Shown: piece by piece, positions 50,992 through 61,253 of the stretch
Numbering within the stretch: the stretch's first letter is position 1
Layout of the letters: each line of letters opens with the position of its first letter
Source of the DNA: an uncultured Actinomycetes bacterium
GTDB lineage: Bacteria > Actinomycetota > Thermoleophilia > Gaiellales > F1-60-MAGs149
Length of the DNA: 64,000 nt
Assembly: GCA_963722525.1 (NCBI GenBank)
Contig: CAVRMM010000002.1
Coordinates: 3,335,096 to 3,399,095 of the forward strand
Direction: 5' to 3'
Translations under genes and position numbers: made by a program
The notes under the pieces: model-generated
What the model saw: the letters and a program-made list of their open reading frames with translations, nothing else
Told to the model about the DNA's origin: nothing
Databases searched by the model: none

Positions 50992-51486
50992 CTAGCGCGT
51001 GACGGGCCAGATGCGGACGAGCACGCGGCCGACGACGTCGTCCTCGCGGACGGGGCCGAAGTCGCGGGAGTCCTCCGAATTGCCGCGGTTGTCACCGAGC
51101 AGGAAGACCTCGCCGGGCGGGACGTCGATGGGCCCGTAGTAGGAGCCGTCCACGGTGCCGTAGTCGACGTAGGTCTCGCGCAGCGGCTTGCCGTTCACCA
51201 CCAGCACGCCGTCCTCGATGCCGACGGCATCGCCGCCGAGCGCCGCCACGCGCTTCACGACCAGCCCGCCGTTCGGGCTGTTGGCGACCACCAGCTCGCC
51301 TCGGTGCGGGCCGCGCAGGACGAGCGAGAGCCGGTCGACGATGATCTGGTCGCCCGACTCCAGCGTCGGTCGCATGCTGTCCGCGTGGACGCGGATCGGC
51401 TGGAGCGCGAAGAGCGCGAGCGCGACCAGCACGACGAGCGTGATGGGCAGCGCAATGCGTCGGATCAGGCGATGACTCCGGTCCAT
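50992..51486 (-). CDS. lepB: signal peptidase I (S26)
   Basis: ATG at 51486. One TM, catalytic Ser box DSMRPTL, Lys box VKRVAALGGD, GDNRGNSEDSR box. Confidence 0.9.
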   Translation of the reverse strand: MDRSHRLIRRIALPITLVVLVALALFALQPIRVHADSMRPTLESGDQIIVDRLSLVLRGPHRGELVVANSPNGGLVVKRVAALGGDAVGIEDGVLVVNGKPLRETYVDYGTVDGSYYGPIDVPPGEVFLLGDNRGNSEDSRDFGPVREDDVVGRVLVRIWPVTR

Positions 51487-52025
51487 CTGAACACCCAGAG
51501 TGCCGCACCTACGGCACAGAGGACGTTCGTGACGGACCGTCGCCGGCCTTCCGGCAGCATGCTGACGAGCAGGACGACGAGCGCGATCTCCGCGACGAGG
51601 CTGCCGAGATCGAGCAGCCCGACCGACTCGGCGCGACCGTTGAAGTCGGCGTAGACCGCCTGGCCGGGCCCGTGCAGGGGATCGGTGAAGCGGAGCGACG
51701 GAGCCGGTCCGGGGCCGAACGGCATTCCGACGGTGCGGCTCATCACGTAGAGCAGCGTGCTCGTCACCGTTCCGGCGATGGCCGCGTAGAACACCGACGT
51801 CGTCGGGCGCAGCGCCACCGCGATCGCGATCGCCGCGCCGGCGATCGCGATCGCGGCCATCAGGGCGCCGTACCCCCACCACACCTGGGCCTGCTGGGCG
51901 ATCAGCACCGCGTGCACGCCGGCGGCGACCGAGGCCAGCGTGATCGCCGCGAGTCGATTCGCGGGGATCACGGCCGGCTTGGTCGTCACCGCCGCGGTGG
52001 TGCTGGTGGCGGAGACGCTGCTCAC
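51465..52025 (-). CDS. integral membrane protein, unknown function (about 5 TM), between the MCO gene and lepB
   Basis: 186-aa ORF. Its GTG overlaps the MCO stop (GTGA) and its 3' end overlaps the lepB start by 22 nt. Confidence 0.55.
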   Translation of the reverse strand: MSSVSATSTTAAVTTKPAVIPANRLAAITLASVAAGVHAVLIAQQAQVWWGYGALMAAIAIAGAAIAIAVALRPTTSVFYAAIAGTVTSTLLYVMSRTVGMPFGPGPAPSLRFTDPLHGPGQAVYADFNGRAESVGLLDLGSLVAEIALVVLLVSMLPEGRRRSVTNVLCAVGAALWVFRWTGVIA

Positions 52026-53605
52026 AGCGGGTCGTCCGGCTCCGACGAGTTGTGCTTCCCGCGCCAGCCGAGCGGGTCGTCACCGGGATACTCCGGATCG
52101 ATGACCTCGTACTGGGTCATCATGTCGTGGTCTTCGTGCACGAGGTTATGGCAGTGCATCATGTACTTGCCGCACCCCTCGAAGCGCATGATCACGCGCA
52201 CCGACTCGTTCTCGCCGAGGTAAACCACGTCCTTCGGACCCTTCTCGTAGGCGAACGGCGGCTTGCCGTTCCGGTCGAGGATCCTGAAGTCGACCAGGTG
52301 GATGTGCAACGGGTGCTGCCAGCCGCCCGACAGGTTGGTGAGCTCCCAGATCTCGACGGTGTCCTTGATCGGGCGGGCCTCGGTGAGGGTGAAGTTGCTC
52401 TTCACGACGTCGTCCCAGAAATGGCCGTTGATCGCCCACATGCCCTTCCGGCGCGTCAGTGGGATCTTGCGCGTGGCGACCGACTCACTGACCTGCAGGT
52501 TCATCGCCGGGCATTCCGGGTCGAGCACGGCGGGCACCTCGTTGTTCGACGGGTCGAACGCGTCGTCGACGACATCGAACGCCATGATCTTGTCGATGTT
52601 GGCGAAGCTGAGGTTGTTCTTGGGGTTCCTGTTCTTCAGCGTGACGCGCTGTCCCGGCTGGTATTTCGAGAAGTCGATCACGACCTCGTAGCGCTCGGCC
52701 ATGATGTGGCGCATCGACTTGACCGACTGCGGGTACGGCATGAGGCCGGCGTCCGTGGCGATGACGGTGAGGGGGTCACCCGTCGACAGGCTGTACTCGT
52801 AGGACCGGGAGACGGAGGCGTTGAGGATCCGGAAGCGGTACTTGCGGCGCTTCACCTTCATCGTCGGCCACGGCACGCCGTTCACCATGATCACGTCGCC
52901 GTACATGCCCGACTGGTCGTTGTTGGTGAACAGGAACTCGCCGTTCTTCTTGAACATCGCGTCCGAGATGATCAGCGGCACGTCGTACTCGCCCTTCGGC
53001 AGCGGCAGCGACTGCTCGTGTGCGTCGTGCAGCTTGTACATGCCGGCCAGTCCCATGGTCACGTTCTCGGCCGTGTGGTGCACGCCGTGGTCGTGATACC
53101 ACAGCGTGCGCGCGTGCTGGTGATCCGGGTACACGTAGTCCTTGTACTCGCCGGGGTAGCAGATGTCGCTCGCATAGCCGTCGTACTGCGGCAGTGAGGC
53201 GGAGCCGTGCAGGTGCACCGACGTCCAGGGCGTGTACTTCAGCGTCGGGTGTTTCAGCGGCAGCTGGTTGATGAAGCGGACCTTGGCCGTCCGGCCCTGG
53301 TTCGCGACGATCGTGGGGCCGGGGAAGATCCCGTCGTAGCCCCAGATCGTCGTCTGGTAGCCGGGCAGGATCTCCGCCTTGGCTTCCTTCATGTAGATGC
53401 GGTAACAATCCTCACCGTCGTGAACCGAGACAGGGGTTGCAACGGGAGGGATGCGAAAGGGAAGCGTGAACGGCTTCGGCAGGAGGCTCGACGGCATCCG
53501 GCTATCAAGGACTGAGGCGGCGCTCGCGGCTCGGTGGACGGGGAGCGCGAGTGCGGCAGACCCGAACAAACCAACCTTGAACGCTTCGCGGCGGGTGTAC
53601 TGCAA
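52022..53605 (-). CDS. TAT-exported three-domain multicopper oxidase (CotA / bilirubin-oxidase-like)
   Basis: TTG at 53605, 7 nt after GGAGG. TAT signal TRREAFKVGLFGSAALALP. All four Cu motifs are present: SVHLHG, WYHDHG, HPLHIHL, HCHNLVHEDHDMM. Intact, 527 aa. Confidence 0.9.
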   Translation of the reverse strand: MQYTRREAFKVGLFGSAALALPVHRAASAASVLDSRMPSSLLPKPFTLPFRIPPVATPVSVHDGEDCYRIYMKEAKAEILPGYQTTIWGYDGIFPGPTIVANQGRTAKVRFINQLPLKHPTLKYTPWTSVHLHGSASLPQYDGYASDICYPGEYKDYVYPDHQHARTLWYHDHGVHHTAENVTMGLAGMYKLHDAHEQSLPLPKGEYDVPLIISDAMFKKNGEFLFTNNDQSGMYGDVIMVNGVPWPTMKVKRRKYRFRILNASVSRSYEYSLSTGDPLTVIATDAGLMPYPQSVKSMRHIMAERYEVVIDFSKYQPGQRVTLKNRNPKNNLSFANIDKIMAFDVVDDAFDPSNNEVPAVLDPECPAMNLQVSESVATRKIPLTRRKGMWAINGHFWDDVVKSNFTLTEARPIKDTVEIWELTNLSGGWQHPLHIHLVDFRILDRNGKPPFAYEKGPKDVVYLGENESVRVIMRFEGCGKYMMHCHNLVHEDHDMMTQYEVIDPEYPGDDPLGWRGKHNSSEPDDPL

Positions 53606-53645
53606 GGGGGGCCCTCCGGTTAGGCGATCGGACGAGGACCAACGT

Positions 53646-53670
53646 AGGTTCTTAACCTTTGGATAACCTT
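53646..53670. promoter_or_regulatory. AGGTT/AACCT palindrome plus third half-site upstream of the MCO gene
   Basis: AGGTTCTTAACCT at 53646-53658, then ATAACCTT at 53663-53670, in an AT-rich stretch 40-65 nt upstream of the TTG start. Confidence 0.3.
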
Positions 53671-53748
53671 CGGACTGGTACCACCGCGCGCAAATGCGTG
53701 CGCCGGCTCGCAGAAACCGGCGTCGAGCGCTCGGTGCGCCACCCGCGC

Positions 53749-54819
53749 TTACACGTTGAAGCGCACGTTGACGACGTCGCCGTCCGCGACCGTGTAGTCG
53801 CGGCCCTCGACGCGCATCACGCCGCGCTTCAGAGCCTCGGCGTGCGTCTTCGTCAACAGCATGTCGTCGGTCGTGATGACCTCGGCCCGGATGAACCCGC
53901 GGGCGATGTCGGAGTGGATCTTCCCGGCCGCCTCGACGGCGCTGGATCCGCGCCGCAGCGGCCACGCGCGGGCCTCCTTCGGGCCGACGGTGAAGAACGT
54001 GATCAGCTCGAGCAGGCGGAAGGCGGCGCGCGCCACCCGCGGCATGCCGGCCTCCTCCTGCCCGATCTCGGCCAGGAACGCGGCCCGGTCCTCGGGGTCC
54101 TCCATCTCCGCCAGGTCGGCCTCGAAGCGCGCGGCGACCGGCACCACGTCGGCGTCGCCGGCATATGCCTGCAGCGCCGCCACCGCCTCGGCGTCGCCCT
54201 CCTCCGAGGTGTTCGCGACGTAGACAAGCGGCTTCAGCGTCAGCAGGTCGACGCCCGGCGGCACCGGCTCGCCGAACAGCCGCGCGGGCTGACCGCCGTC
54301 CAGGTGCGCGAGCAGCCGGCCGAGCACGTCGGCCTCGGCGGCCGCCGCCTTGTCGCCCGTGCGGGCGGCCTTGGCGAGGCGCTCGATGCGGCGCTCGACG
54401 ATCGCGTGGTCGGCGAGGATCAGCTCGAGGTCGACCGCCTCGGCGTCGGCGACCGGATCGACGCGGCCGTCGACGTGGAACACGTCGGCGTCGGGAAACG
54501 TGCGCACCACGTGGAGGATCGCGTCGGTGGCGCGCAGGTGGCCGAGGAACTCGCCGCCGAGCGATCCGCCCTTCGCGCCGCCGCGCACCAGGCCCGACAC
54601 GTCGGACAGCTGGATCGTCGCGTAGATGGTCTCGCGCGACTCCGCCACCGCGGCCAGATCGTCGAGCCGCGCGTCGGGCACCGGCGCGACGCCGATGTTG
54701 GCCGACGACTGCGTGGCGGCGTACGCCGTCACCTCCGCGCCCGCGTTCGTGAGCGCGTTGAAGACGGAGGTCTTGCCGACGTTGGGAAGGCCGACGATGC
54801 CGATCTCGAGCGAGGCCAT
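53749..54819 (-). CDS. ychF: redox-regulated ATPase YchF (Obg-family)
   Basis: Intact 356 aa. G1 GIVGLPNVGKTS, DVSGLV, C-terminal TGS-like domain FFTVGPKEARAW...GDVVNVRFNV. Confidence 0.95.
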   Translation of the reverse strand: MASLEIGIVGLPNVGKTSVFNALTNAGAEVTAYAATQSSANIGVAPVPDARLDDLAAVAESRETIYATIQLSDVSGLVRGGAKGGSLGGEFLGHLRATDAILHVVRTFPDADVFHVDGRVDPVADAEAVDLELILADHAIVERRIERLAKAARTGDKAAAAEADVLGRLLAHLDGGQPARLFGEPVPPGVDLLTLKPLVYVANTSEEGDAEAVAALQAYAGDADVVPVAARFEADLAEMEDPEDRAAFLAEIGQEEAGMPRVARAAFRLLELITFFTVGPKEARAWPLRRGSSAVEAAGKIHSDIARGFIRAEVITTDDMLLTKTHAEALKRGVMRVEGRDYTVADGDVVNVRFNV

Positions 54820-54841
54820 AGGCCGAGCAGCGTACGGCGGC

Positions 54842-57176
54842 CTAGCGCGCGAAGGCGCCGATCGCCGACTCCGCGATCGCCTCGCCCGAGATGCCGAGCC
54901 AGCCGTACACGGCGGGCTGCGAGCCGCACTGGCCGAAGCGGTCGACGCCGAGCGGAACGAGCGCCATGCCGAGGGCCGCCGCGAGGAAGGCGAGGTGCTG
55001 CGGCGCGGCGTCGTGCGCCGTGATGAGCGGCCGCCCGACCTCCGCCGGCGTCACGATCGGCGGCAGCGTCCGGGCCCGGAAGTGGCGGAACACGAGGTCG
55101 GACGACGTGACGTTGAGGACGGCGGCGCCGATGCCCTCCTCGGCCAGCAGGTCGCGCGCCGCGCAGCGCCTCCGGCAGCAGGGCGCCGCAGCTCGCGATC
55201 ACGCAGCGCCAGCGGTCGAGCCCCTCGCGGCGCCTCGACCAGGCGGTAGGCGCCCGACAGCACGCCGGCCCGCACCGCGGCGCGGTCCTTCTGCGCCAGC
55301 AGGTCGGCGAACGGCTGCTGGCTGACGGGTGTCGTCGAGAGCCGCAGGTACGCCGGACTCGCCGTGCTCGCGGTCGCACGTGCCGCGGATCGCGTCGAGC
55401 AGGATCCACTCCGTCTCGAGCGCGAAGCACGGCTCGTAGAAGCGCAGGCCGGGCAGCTCCGAGCCGATCGACGGCGTGATGGCGGACTGGTGCGCGCCGC
55501 CCTCGCGGGACAGCGAGACGCCGGACGGCGTGCCGGCGAAGACGAACTTCGAGCCGGAGTAGGTGCCGTAGATGAGCGCGTCCAGACCGCGGCAGACGAA
55601 CGGGTCGTAGACGGTGCCGATGGGCAGCAGCTGCGTGTCGTGCAGCTCGGCGGAGAGGCCGAGCTGGCCGAGCAGCAGGAACAGGTTCATCTCGGAGATG
55701 CCGAGCTCGATGTGCTGGCCGTCGCGGGCCCGGCTTCCAGCGCAGCGGCGACACCTCGTCCGACTCGTACACCTCCTCGGCGGTCGGCGCGAACACGCCG
55801 CGCTTGTTGATCCAGCCGCCGAGGCCGGTCGAGATGGACACGTCGGGCGACGTCGTGACGAGGTGCTTGCGCGACGTCGTCGTAGCGGGAGCAGGTCGAC
55901 GCAGCGCGCGCGCGAACGCCTCCTGCGAGGTCGTGTCGCGCGTCGGCGTCGGGCCGAACTCGACCGGCACGGCGGCGCCGTCGAGCGTCACGCGCGGGCG
56001 GTTCTCCGGCTCGGTCAGGCGCGCGGCGGCCGCGGCGCAGACGGCGCCGGCGGGCGTGGCCGGGCGAAGCCGGCCCACTCGTCGTCGGGATCGGCGAGCG
56101 CCAGGCGCAGCGCGTCGATCTGGTCGCCGGAGAGCACCGCGGAGTGGTTCATCGGGTGCCCGGCGATCGGCAGGCCCTAGCCCTTGATGGTGAAGGCGAA
56201 GATGACGCTAGGGCGCTGACGCTCTGCGTCGCAGCGGTCGAGCGCGTCGAGCACGTCGCCCAGGTCGTGGCCCGGCCAGGTCGCCGATCAGGTCGGGCAG
56301 CTCCTCGTCCGAGTAGTCGCGCGAGCACGCGCTCCAGGGCTGCCGCGACTCGCCGCGCGGGCGCCGTCCACGACCAGCGACGCGCAACTGGCTCGCCGGC
56401 CGCCGCAGCAGGCTCTGGTACTCCGGGTTCGGCATGTCGTCGATGCGCCGGCGCAGCGTGTCGCCGCCGGGCAGCTCGTAGGCGGCCCGCAGGCTGCGGG
56501 CCGTACTTGAGCGTCTCGACGTGCCAGCCGTGCTCGGCGGAACACGTTCGCGAGCTCGCCGGAGCGGATGCCCGGGATCACGCGGTCGAGCGACTGGCGG
56601 TTGAAGTCGACGATCCAGGTGACGTTGCCGAGGTCGCGGCACGACGGGTCGGCGATGGCCTCCCACACGTTGCCCTCGTCCAGCTCGGCGTCGCCGATCA
56701 GCGCGACGAACCGCCGGTCGCTGGCGCGGCCGAAGTGCGCGCGAGCGTAGCGGTCGACGACGCCCGCGAACAGCGGCGCCGCGGCGCCGAGGCCGACCGA
56801 GCCGGTGGAGAAGTCGATCGGGTCGGGATCCTTCGTGCGGCTGGGGTAGGCCTGCAGGCCGCCGAAGTCGCGCAGCGTCGGCCGAGGTACGCGCGGTCGA
56901 GCCGACCGAGCAGGTAGTTGATCGGCGTGCAGCACCGGCGAGGCGTGCGGCTTGACCGACACGCGGTCGCCGGCGCGCAGCCAGTGGAAGTAGAGCGCCG
57001 TCATCACGGTCACGACCGAGGCCGACGAGGCCTGGTGGCCGCCGACCTTGAGGCGGTCCGCGGTCGGGCCGCTCGCGGTTGGCGTAGTCGATCATCCGCG
57101 TCGCCAGCCAGAGCACGCGACGCTGGATCTCGTCGAGCTCGGCGAGGGGAGGGGCGTCGGTGCGCGTCACGCTCAT
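54842..57176 (-). pseudogene. aceE: 2-oxoacid (pyruvate) dehydrogenase E1 component, homodimeric AceE-like, many frameshifts
   Basis: MSVTRTDAPPLAELDEIQRRVLWLATRMIDYAN, ThDP motif IGDAELDEGNVWEA...NVTWIVDFNRQSLD, ISEMNLFLLLGQLG and SREGGAHQS are spread over three minus frames. Confidence 0.75.
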
Positions 57177-57273
57177 GGCGGGCAGCATACGCAGCCGCGG
57201 CCATCCGGTTCGCCAGGTTCCGGCGACACCCTGTTTGCAGGACTTTTTCCGAACCACGGGTAGCCTTCGATGC

Positions 57274-57679
57274 ATGGCTGATTGGCAGAGCGCCGACCTT
57301 CGTTCGATTCCCGCCGTCGGACCGGGTGCCGATCCCGCGCTCCTGGGAGGGCTTCGCGCCCGACCCCGCCGCGTACGTCGCCGGCTGGCACGGGGTGCGC
57401 GAGCACTTCGGCCTGAGCGGCTTCGGAGCCAACGCGGTGACGCAGGAAGCGGGCGGCGTGCTGGTCGTGCCGCACGACGAGCTGGAGTTCGGCGGGCAGG
57501 AGGAGCTGTACGTCGTCATCGAGGGGCGCGCGCGCTTCACGTGCGACGGCGAGGACGTCGAGATCGGCGCCGGCGAGGTCGTCGCCGTCGCGGCGCGGGT
57601 GCGACGCAGCGCGGTCGCGCTCGCCTCGCCGACGACGCTCCTCATGGTTTCGGGCGGCACCGTGCCGCCCAATCTCTAG
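57274..57679 (+). pseudogene. cupin-domain protein, probable N-terminal frameshift near 57320
   Basis: MADWQSADLRSIP is in frame 1; the cupin core (FGANAVTQEAGGVLVVPHDE...QEELYVVIEGRARF...GAGEVVAV) is in frame 2. Confidence 0.6.
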
Positions 57680-59674
57680 TGGCATCCGCGCGCCGAACGC
57701 CGACGGCCCTCCTGGTCGCCGGCATCGTGGCGCTGCTCGTCCCCGCCGTGGCCCACGCCGCCGATCCGCCCGCGCCGCTGCAGGCGGCCGACTACTGGGC
57801 GGCGGCCGACACGCTGGCCGCCGATCTCGACCCGAGCTGGGACGAGGGCGCCGGTGCGTTCCGCGAGTCGTCGCGCGGCCTCAGCACGCACGTCAACGTC
57901 GCGATGCTGCTCACCTACTCGCTCGCCGCGCGGGCCGACCACGTGGGGCCGTCGCGCCATGACGAGCGCGCCGTGCGCATCATCTCGCGGCTGATCCGCT
58001 CACCCGCCTTCCGGTCGGCGAGCAAGGGACGGGCGGCGCAGGGCCATGCCCCCGGCTGGCGAGCCGACCTCGTCAACACGGCCTCGTCGCAGCACGTGTC
58101 GACCGACGCACGGGTGGTCGAGGCGCTCGCCGCCGCGTACGTGGCGGCGCCGCAGCTGGCCCTCGACGCGAACACCCGCAGCCTGATCCGCAGCCGCGTC
58201 TGCGCGGTCGCTCGCTCGCGCTTCTTCGCGAAGCCGCGCCTGAACCAGGTGAACTGGATGGCCGACACGTACGCCGCGTGCGAGCGCGTCGGCGGCGGCT
58301 CGGACCTGCTGCGCGGCGCCTACCGCAAGTGGCTCAGCTGGTTCCTCGTCCACGCCCGCACCCGGACGGCGCCCAAGGGCAGCACCAACCTGAACGCCGG
58401 GCTCGGCCTGCACTACCTGCCGCAGCGCACCCGGGCCGCGACTGCGAACCGGATGCCGCCGTCGGAGTACGGCAACATCCTGCTGACGGTGCTCGGCTCG
58501 TACGACACGGCCGTCGAGCACGGCATGCGGCCGCTGCCCGGATCGCTCGTCAACGTCGCCCGGCGCTGGCAGACGCGCGTCCTGTACGGCGACTGGACGC
58601 ACGCCGGCTATCTCAACTGGGACACCGGCCTCGGGTTCGACCGCTGGCACCTGCGCCGGTACTGGGGCTGGGCCGCCGAAGGGCTCGTCACCATCGCGAC
58701 GTCGCGGCGGCTGCGCGCCTCCCCGGCCGTCGCCGGTCAGGCGAAGCAGACCCTCGACGCCGCGCTGCGGCTCTACCTCCGCTTCCGCTCCGACCCGTCG
58801 TCCGGCAGCGTGTCGACGTCGTTCGGCGTCGTCTCGACGTCGTCCGACGCGGTCGGCGACCGGCGCCTCGTCCCGGCCCGGTTCGCCGCCATCGCCGCCC
58901 GCGCCGCGAGCGTCGGACTGGGCTCGGCCGCCACGGGCCCGCGGGTGCCGGCGGTGTACGGCTACGACCCCGACGTCGGCCGGCTCGCGGTCTCGACTCG
59001 CACCTACTCGGCCGCCATCGTCGCACCCTCCACGCTGGTCGGCAACGGCGGCGCCGAGCTGTCGCGCCTCTACGACTCCACCGGGCAACCGGTCTCCGGC
59101 ACGGGCGGCAGCGGCCCGTCGCTGACCTCGTTCGGGCTCCGCGTGATCCGTCGCGGCCGGGTGCTGGCCGAGACCCAGCCAGGCCGGGCCTGGCCGGCGC
59201 GCGCCGCCACGATGCGCGCCGCCGTCCCGGCCGGCGGCGGCAGGTTCGGCACCCTCCGCAGCACCGCCACCGTGGCCGGCATCGGCGCCGTCAAGGTTCG
59301 CGTCGAGCACGTCTTCGGAGCCGACGACGTGCGCGTGCGCCACACGGTCCTCGGCGGCGCCGGCGCGACCGCGGCGCTGCGGTTCCCGGCCTACGGCGCC
59401 GCCGGCTTCACGTCGCGCGGCGGGCTTCGGCCCGGAGATCCCGATCCCGGCCGCCGGCCTGCCGGCCGGGCACGCGCTGCACGTCAAGCTCTTCACCGGC
59501 CGCGGCTACCGGGTGATCTTCGCCACGCCCCTGCCCGCCGGATCGAAGGTCCGGGTGGTCAAGGCGCGGCCGTCGCGGTCGGCGCCCTGGACGACCCGGA
59601 CGATGGTCGTCGACGTGCCGCTGAAGAGCGGTCGCGTGCTCGTCGACTACCGCCTCGTCCCGGATCCTGTCTAG
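57679..59674 (+). pseudogene. secreted protein of unknown function (about 665 aa), C-terminal frameshift near 59420
   Basis: GTG overlaps the cupin TAG. Signal peptide ALLVAGIVALLVPAVAHA. After FPAYGAAGFTSR the protein-like reading (GFGPEIPIPAAGL...VLVDYRLVPDPV) is in another frame and ends at the TAG at 59672-59674. Confidence 0.6.
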
Positions 59675-60585
59675 CGCGTCAGCGCGATCCCGGCCAGTAG
59701 CACGGCACCGCCGACAGCCGTCGACACGACGATCAGCAGCCGGACGAGATCGGAGCGCAGCCCGAAGACGCGCGAGAGCGTGATGATGTGGAACGCGACC
59801 GGCGCGGCCGCCGCGAGGATGAACACCGACGGCACGTCGACGCCGGTGCCCCGCGCCATGGCGAACACCATCAGCGGCGCCACGGCGTGCCGGATGCCGA
59901 GCGCCACCGCCCCCAGGCGGAGGTCGCGGAGGCCGTGCGAGACGCGCTGCAGCGGCAGCCCCAGGCCTAGCTGCAGGAGGCCGACGGGCCCCGACGCCGC
60001 GCCCGCGACGTTCCCGAGCGTCCGCGCGATGTCGGTCAGGTCGACGTGCGCGATGCGCAGCGCGATGGCGCCGACGGCGGCCACCAGCGGCGGGTTCAGG
60101 GCGGTGCGCAGCGCGGCGCGCACGCCGCTCATGCGGCTCGGCCGCTCGGCGCTGTGCAGCCGCGCGACGCTCATCGAGATCGCGATCCCCGGGACGCCGT
60201 AGTAGAACTGCGCGTAGAGCACCTGCAGCGCGAGGCCCTCGGCGCCGTACGCGAAGTTGGCGATCGGATAGCCGAGCGCGACGGTGTTGCCCCAGCCGGA
60301 GGCGAGCACCAGGGCACCGCGCTCGGCCTGGTCGTGGCTGACGAGGCGCGAGGCGCCGATCGCGATGCCGAGCACGAGCCACGACGAGACGGCGACGACG
60401 ATCAGCGACTCGATCAGCGTGCGGTCGATGTCGACGGTCGTGTACGCGTAGATCGCCGCCGCGGGCGCGATCGTCCAGAAGAAGGCCTCCCACGTCCAGC
60501 GCTGCAATTCGGCGTGCCGCGGGTGCCGCTGCAGCAGCAGACCGACGGCGAACGCCGCGGCGAGCAGAGGGGCCTCGAACGACAC
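59671..60585 (-). CDS. AEC-family (auxin efflux carrier-like) membrane transporter
   Basis: About 304 aa from GTG 60585 (alternative ATG 60627). 8-10 TM spans. Overall pattern resembles the AEC/Mem_trans family. Stop codons with the convergent gene share cTAG. Confidence 0.6.
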   Translation of the reverse strand: MSFEAPLLAAAFAVGLLLQRHPRHAELQRWTWEAFFWTIAPAAAIYAYTTVDIDRTLIESLIVVAVSSWLVLGIAIGASRLVSHDQAERGALVLASGWGNTVALGYPIANFAYGAEGLALQVLYAQFYYGVPGIAISMSVARLHSAERPSRMSGVRAALRTALNPPLVAAVGAIALRIAHVDLTDIARTLGNVAGAASGPVGLLQLGLGLPLQRVSHGLRDLRLGAVALGIRHAVAPLMVFAMARGTGVDVPSVFILAAAAPVAFHIITLSRVFGLRSDLVRLLIVVSTAVGGAVLLAGIALTR

Positions 60586-60616
60586 GAGGCGGAAGCTTGC
60601 CGGTACCGTCCCTGCC

Positions 60617-61253
60617 GTGGCGCTCATCCTGCACGCGAACCCCCGCTCGTCGAACGCGCAGAAGGTGCGCTTCCTGCTCGGGGAGCTGGGCCTCGAGGCC
60701 GAGATCCGCGAGGTGCCGTTCGGCGTGGAGCGCCCGGCGTGGCACCTGGCCGTCAACCCGGTCGGCGGCATCCCGGCGCTGGTCGACGGCGACGTGCAGC
60801 TGGCCGAGTCGCACGCCATCCTCCGCTACCTCGCGACGCGCGGAGGGCCGCACCGACCTGTACCCGCAGCACCTGGCCGAGCGGGCCCGCGTCGACTGGC
60901 TGCTGGACGGCATCGCGACGACCGTGCGCGAGGTGACGCGGCCGTTCGACGCCGCCGCGTACGGCTGGCGCCGGCGCCGCGGCATCGGCGCCGAGGCGCC
61001 CGCGGCCGACGGCGGCGCGGCGGCGCTGGCGGAGGCCGCGCCGACGCTGACCGCCTTTGCCGCGCTGCTCGATCCGGAGGCCTACGCGTGTCTCGGCCGG
61101 TTCACCCTGGCCGACGTCGCGGCCGCCCCCTACCTGCAACGGATAGTTGCGAGCGGAAATAGCCTCGTCGGTCTGGAGCGTTACTCCAGTTGGGCCACGG
61201 CGATCCTGCCGCGCGCCGCCTGGCAGGCGATCGCCACCGAGACTGGGGTCTGA
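60617..61253 (+). pseudogene. glutathione S-transferase-family protein, one frameshift near 60845
   Basis: The N-terminal thioredoxin-like domain (ILHANPRSSNAQKVRFLL...IPALVDGDVQLAESHAILRYLA) and the helical C-terminal domain (LYPQHLAERARVDWLLD...FTLADVAAAPYL) lie in different frames. Confidence 0.75.

Noticed and set aside
52022-53700. The lower-GC MCO region as a bounded mobile element or genomic island.
   Set aside because: There are no flanking direct repeats, tRNA gene, integrase or transposase. Only the compositional shift is seen, so it is reported as possible HGT rather than as a mobile element.
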